Shown piece by piece: positions 53,415 through 64,000 of a stretch of DNA of 64,000 bases (positions within the stretch are counted from its first letter, which is position 1; the number at the start of each line of letters is the position of its first letter). Position numbers and translations under genes: made by a program. Under the pieces are notes generated by a model that searched no databases, was not told the DNA's origin, and worked only from the letters and a program-made list of their open reading frames with translations. Location: contig OX597817.1 in NCBI GenBank assembly GCA_951406725.2, forward strand, positions 97,836,001 to 97,900,000, read 5' to 3'. The DNA comes from Octopus vulgaris (Eukaryota).

Positions 53415-55620
53415 CATTCCAGAATGTACACCATGAAGGACAAAGCCAGAGCCCCACGATTTAAGGCACAGAAGGACAGAGTAACGCTAATTATGTGTAG
53501 TAATGCTGCTGGCTTCATTATGAAACCAGGATTTATCTACAAGTCTGCGAACCCAAGGGCCTTTGAAAACAAGAATAAAAACCAGCTGCCTGTCCACTGG
53601 ATGCACAACCCCAAGTATTTTGTTGAGTGCTGTGTTTTTCACAGCATGTTATTAAAGCCCTAAGATGCTGCCCCAACCCCCTAACATCTAAGGCTTCTGG
53701 CGGTGAATCCAAGTGCCAGAAAAAGGTTATGATGCTCCATGAGAAGGTACAACTGCTAGATATGTTCCGGGAAGATGAAAGTTATGCTACAGTAGGTTGC
53801 TATTATGTTATCAACAAAAGCACCATACACTATATGAAGAAGAATGAGGTGGCGATCAGGACTACTGTAGCAGTAAGTTTCTGTGAAAGAGCCAGAAAGA
53901 TAATGATAGTGAGAAATAAGCACTTCGACAGGATGGAATCTGATTTGGCATTGTGGATCGGCGACTGCAAGAAGTAAAACATTCCCTTGAGTGGTATCAT
54001 CATTTGCAAGAAAGAATTGAAATTATACCAGCAGTTCAACAGAGGAGACAGAGCAGAAGGCACTGACTAAAAACCACATCCAAGACCATTGACAGCACGG
54101 GAGCCTGAAGATTTTCAAGCCAGCAAGTGATGGTTTGACCATTTCTAGAAACAGTTTAAAATGAAGTGTTTTCTTGCATGGAGAGACAGCAGCAGCCAAC
54201 AAAGATGCCACTGAGAAGTACCACGAAACCTTCAGGAAGATCATCAAGGACAAGGGAAACAGGTTTTCATATGGCTGTCAACAATGTGGTGAAACTGGCA
54301 AAGGTACTTGGTGGCAAAGGTCAAAGGTTTTGACAACTACACCCAAGCCAGAACAGGTTTTCAATATGGACAAGACTGGCTTCTTCTGGAAGAAGATGCC
54401 TTCCAGAATGTACACCATGAAATACAAAGCCAGAGCCCCATGATTTAAGGCACAGAAGGACAGAGTAATGCTAATTATGTGTGGTAATGCTGCTGGCTTT
54501 ATGATGAAACCAAGATTTATCTACAAGTCCGCAAACCTGAAGGCCTTTGAAAATAAGAATAAAAACCAGCTGTCTCTCCACTGGGTGCACAGCCCCAAGG
54601 CCTGGATTACCAAAAGTCTAACTTTGATTTGGTTCCACCAATGCTTCATCCCTCAAGCCAAAACATATGCGTGGAATTCAAGGTGATACTTGTTATGGAT
54701 AATATTGGTAGTCACTCTTTGGATTCAATCACAACGGAGTCCAAGTTGAGTTCCAGCCTATAGATCAAGGTGTGATCCATGTTTTCAAGGCACTTTACAC
54801 TCAGAACTCTCCAACACCTTGTGGACGCAATGAATTCAGATGAAAATTTCAAGTTAAAGGAGTACTGGCATAACTTCACAATCTCAATGTGCCTGTCAAT
54901 CATCCACATTGCTCTTAAAAAGAAACCTTCATCACATGCTGGAAGAAGATATGGCCAGAGTGTGTCCAGGACTATGAGGGCTTCTCACTTGAAGATATTC
55001 AGCACAAGGCTGTCAACAATGTGGTGAAACTGGCAAAGGTACTTGGTGGCAAAGGTCAAAGGTTTTGACAACTACACCCAAGATGAGGTCAATGACCTCA
55101 TCAATGCCCACTCTGAAACCCTGACAGATGAAGATTTGTTGGAGTTGACAAAGCTCGCCAGTGAAGAGGAGGAAGGAGTGCCAGATCCAGAAGAAGAGGA
55201 GGATGAGTGGGCCTGGCAATCGAATGTCTGTCTGACCTTTTAAGGATAGCAAAGGAATTGCAAGGGAAGGTAGAAGCATAGGATCCCTATATGGTTCAGT
55301 CTCTCCAATTTAAAAACGCTATCAATGCTGCCATGCAGACATATCAAACTCTCCACACCACCATGAAGCAACTTCCCATCACAATGTTCCTCAAGCCCAC
55401 CAAGAAAGCCTTGCACAAAGATACAACATCCCCTAAAACACCTGAAGAAGATGTGTCATCTAAAGAGCTTTAAACCTTCTTTGCTGTGCAATCATTACCT
55501 TCGTTAGTTTCATCATCATCATTTTAAATCAATATCATTCATTATTGGTGAGTAACCATACATTTTACTTTATTTTTTATTAAATTATATTATATATATA
55601 TATATATATATAACACAGTT
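53415..55620 (+). mobile_element. Rearranged Tigger/pogo (CENP-B HTH plus DDE) transposase relic
   Basis: EKVQLLDM (HTH-psq), MESDLALWI, QVFNMDKTGFFWKKMP, KAQKDRVTL and ENFKLKEYWHNFTI; many stops. Confidence 0.9.
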
Positions 55621-55834
55621 TAGGTGTAAAATACACCTAAGGGATATTAAATATCTGAAGAATTTACTGGTTTATATTACCTATATCAGTAACAGTGTCA
55701 CTCCAATAGGTAAATAAAAATATACAGTTTATTAATGCATAAATATAAATCAGAAATGGAAAAACAAAACAATAAATTGAACAATTATAAATATATCTTT
55801 CTTAAATGGAATAATACTGGATAATGGAAAACAT

Positions 55835-56418
55835 AACACTTGACACATCTGAAAGACATACCAATACCACCAAAAAACGTTTATATGAAAGAGCTGATTG
55901 CCAAAATAACAGACTTCACACATAGACTAAGATGGAGAACTTTTTATTATGATAAAGACCAAATTGATACCACTAATAGCAATAAGGATATTAACATGGA
56001 ATTTACCGCTTGAATATTTAAAACCAGGAAGACGCCATTACATAATAACCCCCTAGAAACATTTAAGAAACACCCATTGCAGAACAACCGACACCAAAGG
56101 AAGCTAAAAAAGTTAACACATGAACTGAAAAATATAAAAGGAGTTATTGTTAATTCAGATAAAACAAGGAATTTATATAACATGGATATTAATTTATACC
56201 ATAAATTATTGTACAAAGAAATTACAAAAAAATACAAGGTAGTTCCTAATAGTACCCTTTGACAGATTAACATAGAGGCTAAAAAAATTATGGAAAATTA
56301 TAATATAAATGATAAAACAGAACCATTATTACCCAGTAGACCACTGATTGCAATTAAGGAGCATAAGGAGAATTTTCATATAGATACAAAGGTTAGATTA
56401 CTCTGTCCTAATAAATCT
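55835..56418 (+). mobile_element. Penelope-like element, N-terminal part of the RT ORF
   Basis: LKDIPIP...RLRWR, SDKTRNLY and IAIKEHKENF...VRLLCPNKS, matching the ITLKDHK...RLINPAKS motif. Confidence 0.8.
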
Positions 56419-59400
56419 CTGGCAATGATCACACTTGAATCATGCCATTCATCGAATTTGATTTCAATTTCAATTTTTAATTTCACTTACCTCAACAGGT
56501 CTTTGCAAGCAGAGTTTAGTGTCCAATGAAGAAAAGGTACACATAAGTGGACTGGTTACACCCCTGGCATAGGCCACAAAGTTATGGTCTCACTTGGCTT
56601 GCTGGGTCTTCTCAAGCACAGAATATTTCCAAAAATCTCAATCACTAGTCATTGCCTTCATGAGGCCTAATGTTCGAAGGTCATGTTACACCACCTCATC
56701 CCAGGTTTTCCTGGGTCTACTTCATCCACAGGTTCCCTCAACCACTAGGGTGTGACACATTTTCACACAGCTATCCCCATCCTTTCTCGTCACATGCCCA
56801 TACCAGTGCAGTCGTTTCTCTTGCACACCACATCTGATGCTTCTTAGGTCCAACTTTTCTCTCAAGGTACTTACACTCTGTCGAGTATGCACACTGACAT
56901 TACACATCCATCAGAGCATACTGGCTTCATTTCTTGCGAGCTTACACATATCCTCATATCCTCAGCAGTCACGGTCATGTTTAACTGCTATGTATCATGG
57001 CTGTTCGCACACATGCGTCATACAGTCTGCCTTTTACTCTGAACTAGAGGCCCTTTGTCATCAGCAGAGGTAAGAACTCTCTGAACTTTACCCGGGTTAT
57101 TCTTATTCTAGCAGCTACACTTTCAGCGCACCCTCCCCGGCTACTGACTTGGTCACCTAGGTAATGGAAGTTATCAACTACTTCTAATTTTTCTCCCTGG
57201 AATGTGGTGGAAGTTGTTTTCTGCACATTTTCAGTGTTTGTTGCTCCAGAGCATCTACCACATACAAAATCTATCTTCCCAGTTAGCCTTCCTTTGATAT
57301 TGCTTCACCTCTTATGTGTCCATAGCTTACACTGGGTACATCTTATAGAGTTTGTACCTACGCCTTTTCTACAGATCGAGCAAGGCTATCTACCTGAAGG
57401 GATTTGTGGTTTGCCTGCCTTCCTACTTATTAGGACTTTGGTTTTAGCTAGGCCCTTCGATTCTAATCCTTGTTTCCATACCTGAAACTTCTCCTCTAGT
57501 TCTGATAGTGACTCAGCAATTAGAGCAAGGTCATCAGCATATAGGAACCCCCAGGGGCATCCTGTCTTGCATTCCTGTTATTGCCTGGAGGACTATGATA
57601 AATAGGAGGGGGCCGAGGACTGAACCTTGGTGGACCCCTAAATTTACCCAGAATTCTTCACTGTACACGTTGCCAACCCTTACCTTACTGACAGCGTCCC
57701 TGTACATGGCTTGCACAGCCCTTACTAACCATTCATCTATCTCTAGTTTCCTCATTGACCACCAGATAAGGGATCGGGGGACCATATCAAAGGCTTTCTC
57801 CATGTCAACGAAAGCCAGGCACAGAGGTTTATCTTTGGCTAGGTATTTCTCCTGCAGCTGTCTAACCAGAAATATAGCATCAGTGGTGCTTTTCCCTGGC
57901 ATGAACCCAAACTGCATCTCATCTAAACTGATTCTCTATCTAATTAGTTGGGCTATGACCTCTCTATGACCTTCATTACCTGATCCAACAACTTGATACC
58001 TCTGTAATTATTTGTATCTAAAGCAGCACCTTTACCTTTGTAGCAGTTGACTATTATGTTGCTACACTAGTCATTGGGTATGATTCCTTCGTGTATTACC
58101 TAGCTAACTATACAGGTGACTAGGCTATAGCCGACACTGCTAGATATTTTGAGCATCTCTGCAGTCATTCCTGATGGGCCGAGGGCTTTCCCTGTCTTCA
58201 TACTCTTGATTGCTTTATCTACCAAGGTACTGTCAACTCGGATAGCTGGTCCCGCTTGTTGGGTCAACATTCGACAGACTCTCTTTATCCCATTCATTTT
58301 CTTTATTGAGCAACCTTTCATAGTGGCGTCTCCAAACCTCTCTCTTTGCATCCTCATTTAGTGCAAAAGAACCATCATCCATGCGGACACATTTCTCTCC
58401 TACAACATCATGATTCTCTCTCACACACTGTCTTGCAACACGAAATATCTCAAGTCTTTGGTCCTCATGGCACATAACATTGGCAAATTTTTTCTTATCC
58501 GCTTCCCCTCTGGCTAAGTAAACCTGTCTCCTAGCTTCCCTTCTGGCAGTCTGATACAATTCCTTGCTACCACCGTTCTTCCAGTCCTTTCAAGCCTGTT
58601 TCTTTTCTCTGATAGCCCTGTCAACAACATTGTTCCACCACCACATCATTTTGGGTCAAGAGGGGACTTTGTACCATCCACAGATCTGGTCAGTGGCCCT
58701 CAGCAGATTGTCCCATAGAAACCTCCAGTTGTCTTACATCGTGTGAAGCTATATCCCCTTCTATTTCATCAAAGGCTTCAAGTAATATGTCGCTAAATCT
58801 CTGTCCATTCGCAGGATCTTTAAGCTTCCAGACCCTTCTCCTTCATGCTGGTCATCTTCTGGGCATCCACTTAGCCCTGATCCTGAAATCACTAACTACC
58901 AGTCTATGTTGTGGGGTACATTGTTCGCCTGGGAAGGTTTTGGCATTTATAAGCAGCCATCTTTCCCTTTTTCTGGTGAGGATGTAGTCAATTTGGTTAG
59001 TGTGTCTGCCAGAACGGTAGGTGACTAGGTGACTGGCATGTTTTCTGAAGTTAGTGTTGCAAACCATAAGATCATTTGCATTGCAGAACTCCAGCAGCCT
59101 GGTTTCTTCCTTGTTGCCGAGATAATGGTAACTAATCCATGATGAAGTACTAATCTAATCATAAGTATTCTGTCGCATACTCTGACTACCTTGATTACCT
59201 TATCGACCCATTTCTCCGCAAGAAGTATACCCACGCCCCCAACCCCATCAGTGTTCTTTGCCTGTGAGGAACCTAGCAGAACCTCCTCTCCACCTTCTTG
59301 GATGCAGTACATATCGACACAACCCCGTTCAAGCATTTCAACAATCTCACCAGACCTACCTTTCAGTGTGCTGACGTTAAGAGTGCCAACCATGAGGGTG

Positions 59401-60725
59401 TGGGAGGTATGGGCCCTTGAGACCCTGGGACAGGAGCCAGCAGCATCATGTACCTGAAAAGAGAGCTCGCATTTGGCAGAATTCATAAAACAAACAATAG
59501 CCTTAAGTTCAACCTGCATAACACTACCCTTTCATATTTTTGCACTATATTGTCACTATCTTACATAGTAGATAAACCCTAAGTAGGGGTGGGGATGGTG
59601 TAAAGCCTTTAGAAGTGTTCATGGGAGACAACCAAAGGATGACAAAGGATAGGGACTTCCGGTTCAGGTGGATGGGTGGGAGGGAGAGCGTACTGCGAAC
59701 TAACAAATTTAGACAAGAGCATCTTCTGGATACGTATTCTTTCAGCAAGGTATTAAAAATTGAGTAGGGGAATCCATGTACATGCGCTAGTTTATATAGG
59801 GTGGTGGTGGTGGTGGTGGAACTAAGGTTATCTTAAGGCAACAACAAGGAAGATGAAACTATTGAAACTATATTTACATGATGGCAGGGTTCTGAAATAG
59901 ACAGAATAATGAAAAGAACTAATAAGGGGTTTATGATCTGCGCAGAAATAGAAGAGTAGATGAACGAGGTTGAAAAGACAAATCTTCTTATCTGAGCATC
60001 TTCTGGGATTGGTATTCTTCGGCCGAGGTATTGAAATCAAGTAGGGGAGTCAGAGTGCATGCACTAGTTTATATAGAGTGGTGGTGATGGTGGTGGAGGA
60101 AGTCTTGGCGAGGCGAGTGGTAATCGAAAGAGAGAGACAAACAGACAGAGTGAGGCCAAGAGAGAGACAGACAAACAGAGTGAGACACAGAGAGAGGCGG
60201 GTAGTGAACAGAAACACAGGGGGAGAAAAATATTCTTTTGGGATTTGTGCAGCATAATTAATTTAATGAGACAGCAAATGTTGATAATAGTAAAATAGAA
60301 TTGAAAAATCTGAGAGCCAATATAAGACAAAATTAGAGAAATAAGTGACTGTGTGATAAACTTTAATAGATGAATGAATGAATATATTGTGGTTAAGAAA
60401 ATGTGTGAACTAAGGTTCTCTTAAGGCAACAACAAGGAAGATGAAACTATTGAAACTATATTTACATGGTGACATGGTAATGAAATAGACAGAATAATGA
60501 AAAGAACTAATAAGGGGTTTATGATCTGCGCAGAAATAGAAGAGTAGATGAACAAGGTTGAAAAGACAAAACTTCTTATCTGAGCATCTTCTGGGATTGG
60601 TATTCTTCGGCCAAGGTATTGAAATCAAGTAGGGGAGTCAGAGTGTGTGCGCTAGTTTATATAGAGTGGTGGTGGTGGTGGAGGAAGTTTTGGCGAGGTG
60701 AGTGGTAATCGAAAGAGAGAGAGAC
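56419..60725 (-). mobile_element. Nearly full-length disabled RTE LINE with a tandemly repeated 5' region
   Basis: APE at 59025-59400 (GTLNVSTLKGRS), RT at 57534-57917, the PHD-like finger and the C-terminus are present. Direct repeats at 59820-60135 and 60408-60722. Confidence 0.93.
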
Positions 60726-60889
60726 ACACACAGAAATAAAATCAGTAAATTTGATAATAGGAATAATAATATAAAAACTAATGATAATAATAAAAATCAT
60801 AGATATATAAAGAAACTGAATAGAATTAAAAATAATGTCTACTTAATGAATAAAAATAATTTTAGTAGTTTCAACAATAATAAAGTAGA

Positions 60890-61670
60890 TACTAATAAGG
60901 TATTTTGGCTTATAATCCCATATGCCATGGAAATAAAACTAATTTGGGGAAATGCATTTATAGGCTAATTAATAAGCATTTCAATATAAATAATAAGTAT
61001 TATGAAATTAATTACAATAAAAGAATAAAGATAGGATATAGTTTAACTCATAACTTAGTAACTATTATAGCTTCTATAAATAATGAAAAATTAGATTTAT
61101 TTGATTAGAGATTGTGTTAATAATAACTCCCATTGCCAGGGCCAATGTAGAAGATATTAGTAGTAATACTACTAGGTATTTCATTAATAAACATAATATT
61201 AATAAGAATGATCAGAAACCAGTTACATCTAAAGCCTCTTCCTCAACATATATAAATAATTATTCTTATAAAACATGTGATTATAAAAATATAGATAGCT
61301 GTATGGTTAAAAATTTATGTAAATTAAAAAATGTAGTATATCAATGTAAAGTTACCACAGAAATTAATGATAAATATATTTATATTGGATCACCTAAAAA
61401 TGAAATGAAGAAGCATCTTTCAAAACATTTATTTACATTTCGGAATAGGAAAAGACGGAATTCAACGGGTCTAAGTAAATTCATTTGGTAACTTAAAGAT
61501 AAAAAAATTAATTTTAATTTCAAATGGGATGTCTTGGTGACTGCATCTAATTACATATAAGTAATAAGAAGTGCCTTTTTGTTTGAATGAGAAATTATTT
61601 CCAAGAGATGAAAAAAATATTTCTTGCCTACATAAAAACAAATATGTATTTACTAGATATAAATGATTTT
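60890..61670 (+). mobile_element. Penelope-like element C-terminal part (Cys linker plus GIY-YIG endonuclease, Neptune/Nematis-like)
   Basis: KTNLGK...LINKHF, IKIGYS, CDYK...C...C...VVYQCKV...YIYIGS...H...F and TGLSKFIW. Confidence 0.85.
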
Positions 61671-61994
61671 TTTCATTATAGTTATAATTAATAGGCTGTC
61701 ATATTGATATCTCGTAATAGATATCTTTAACTATTGTAAAGTAAATTAATAACACTTATAATTATAATTAAAATTATAAATAGAACTTAATTAATATTTC
61801 CCCATTCTAAAGATGTGAGCATATAAATAGGAACTTATTGATGTGTGTGTGTATATATATAAATGTATGTGTATTTTTTCAATGTCTACAAATAACACGG
61901 AAAAAATAAATAAATAGTTACCAGGGTAGCAAAAATTTACAGCCTACATATAAATGTAGAAACTCCAGGTTTTGGTGAAATGTTTTAGTTAAAC

Positions 61995-62328
61995 ATAGAT
62001 AAATAAATAAATGGAGTTAAACACAGGTGTTATTCAAATCATCCGACACATTTCAAAAAAACATTGGTATTATTCCAGAAGGAATAAAATTATGTAAAAC
62101 AATGCAATATTTTCAGCAGGGAAAAAAGAGGAACAAAATGCATCAATAAGATATCTTAACCAAAAATGATGCGTTTTCTTTCTCTTATTTTGCCTGATGA
62201 GTAGATTGCATTGTTTTACTTCATTTTATTCCTTCTGGAATGATACCAATGTTTTCTTCGAAACATAATGTCGGAAGTGTAAAGATTTCAATAACACCTG
62301 CATTTAACTCCATTTATTTATCTATCTA

Positions 62329-62329
<1 letters not shown>
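61995..62329. repeat. Fold-back element with ~150-bp inverted arms carrying hammerhead motifs
   Basis: 61995-62144 is the approximate reverse complement of 62167-62329. Confidence 0.85.
62190..62276 (+). ncRNA. Type-I hammerhead ribozyme motif with an intact catalytic core
   Basis: CTGATGA at 62194-200, a ~59-nt stem II region closed by G-C, GAAA at 62260-63, stem III ACAT/ATGT, GTC cleavage triplet at 62270-72, and stem I TTGC/GGAA (TTCC in the mirror arm). Confidence 0.7.
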
Positions 62330-62374
<45 letters not shown>

Positions 62375-62504
62375 TATGTGTGAATGTTTGTATGCATATG
62401 TGTGGGGATGATTGTGTATATATGTATATTTAATTTTTTCATATATGTGTGTGTGTGGATATATGTATGTGTGTGTGGATGTGGATGTGTATATGTAGAC
62501 ATTT

Positions 62505-62876
62505 AGGCATAGGAGTGACTGGTAAGTAGCTTGCTTATGAACCACATAGTTCCGGGTTCAGTCCCACTGCGTGGCACCTTGTGAGTGGATTTGGTAGACG
62601 GAAACTGAAAGAAGCCCGTCGTATATATGTATATATATGTGTGTGTGTGTATGTGCGTGTATATGTTTGTGTGTCTGTGTTTGTCCCCCCAACATCGCTT
62701 GACAAACGATGGTGGTGTGTTTACATTCCCGTAACTTAGCAGTTCGGCAAAAGAGACCAATATAATAAGTACTAGGCTGACAAAGAATAAATCCTGGGGT
62801 CGATTTGTTTGACTAAAGGCAGTGCTCCAGCATGGCCACAGTCAAATGACTGAAACAAGTAAAAGAGTAAAAGAAT
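62505..62876 (+). mobile_element. tRNA-derived SINE with an internal deletion
   Basis: Same family as 41921-42337. Confidence 0.93.
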
Positions 62877-62957
62877 ATGTATATGTCCATGGGTGTATAT
62901 ATGTATGTGTGTGTGTGTATGTATATGTATATATATATATATATATGCATGATGATA

Positions 62958-63478
62958 CCGTAAATCCTTGAGTATAGCCCACCCTTGGGTATAATATGCA
63001 GAGGATTTTTAGGGGGCTGTACCTCTGAAAAGCCTAAACCTTGTGTATAATACACACTCCTTCTCTAACTTGAGTTGTGCGTAATTAAGCCAGCAGCACC
63101 TAGTCAAACAAACACTTCCACGCATGCGTAATACAATAATGGTGATGTTTTTAACTGTTATATGGGAATGTAAATATGTTTGCAAATTGTTTTTGTTATA
63201 TGTTATTCAGTGTTCTGAATACTTTTATTTTAATAAATGTTGCTTACTGCAAGTTATGGGTGATTCTTTTAAGACTACATTGCTTTCAGGCTTAGCTTAA
63301 GGTATTTTCACGCCCAACATCACAAAATGCGTCTGAATAAACATTGCCGGACAGCAAACAGAGACTCAGATATTGCTTAGAAAATATTTTTCATTTTTAA
63401 CCTCGTATATAGTACGCACTAGGGAATTTGACCTTTAAATTTTGGGAAAAAATGCAGATTATACTTGAGGATTTACAG
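62958..63478. mobile_element. pogo/Tigger-like MITE
   Basis: TA|CCGTAAATCCTTGAGTATA ... TATACTTGAGGATTTACAG|TA. Confidence 0.85.
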
Positions 63479-63489
63479 TATGTATATAT

Positions 63490-64000
63490 ATGTGGAGTCA
63501 TGGTGGAGTTGCTATGTACATCCACGAAGACCTCACACCCCAGGTCCTTTTGTCACACTCAAATTCAGTATGTGACACACTAATTGTACATATAAGACAA
63601 CTCGGTGTAGTTATATGTGCTACATATCACCCTCCAGATGCTCTAAGTCATGTAGGCAAGTTTGAAGACTGCCTTACAAAAATAGAAGAAGTTCTAGTCA
63701 CATTAGAACAACACAGGAATGACACAATGTGAACAAGGACAGGTGAAGTCCCTCCTGAACTTCATCAACACTTTGCACATGGAACAAATAGTACTCCAAC
63801 CAACCAGGGCAGGTAACATACTGGATCTCTGCTTCACAAATAATATGGATCTCATCCATAATGTGAAAGTGACACCGACGCAACTCTCGGATCACAAAAT
63901 GGTAGAGCTGACCATGTACAGGCCAAAGGAAAGCATGGACATGCAGCCTACACGAAACTCTCAGAATCTTTCCAGCTTGAACTTCCATAAGGCAAACTGG
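63490..64000 (+). mobile_element. CR1/L2-group LINE endonuclease fragment
   Basis: GGVAMYI, YHPPD, QPTRAGNILDLCFTN and SDH motifs of an APE domain; frameshifted. Confidence 0.85.

Overview
This is eukaryotic, AT-rich, CpG-depleted, repeat-dense DNA. The SINE and RTE families and the (TA)n/(CA)n background point to an Octopus (coleoid cephalopod) genome, which is an inference. The only supported host gene is a 2780-aa C2H2 zinc-finger protein encoded in one uninterrupted ORF (28419-36761, +). It carries nine dispersed copies of the same three-finger module with near-invariant recognition residues, about 20 isolated fingers, and linkers mostly converted to S/T-P-x-K sites. The rest is transposon-derived: a full-length decayed CsRn1-clade Gypsy with both LTRs and a -1 frameshift cassette, an older Gypsy relic, mariner, maT, Tigger/pogo and hAT relics, six RTE LINE copies, a CR1-like fragment, SINEs, several Helitrons, and Penelope-like relics. 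A recurring signal is a set of mutually dissimilar sequences carrying minimal type-I hammerhead ribozyme cores, three of them in long fold-back arrangements. All calls were made by eye and no searches were run.
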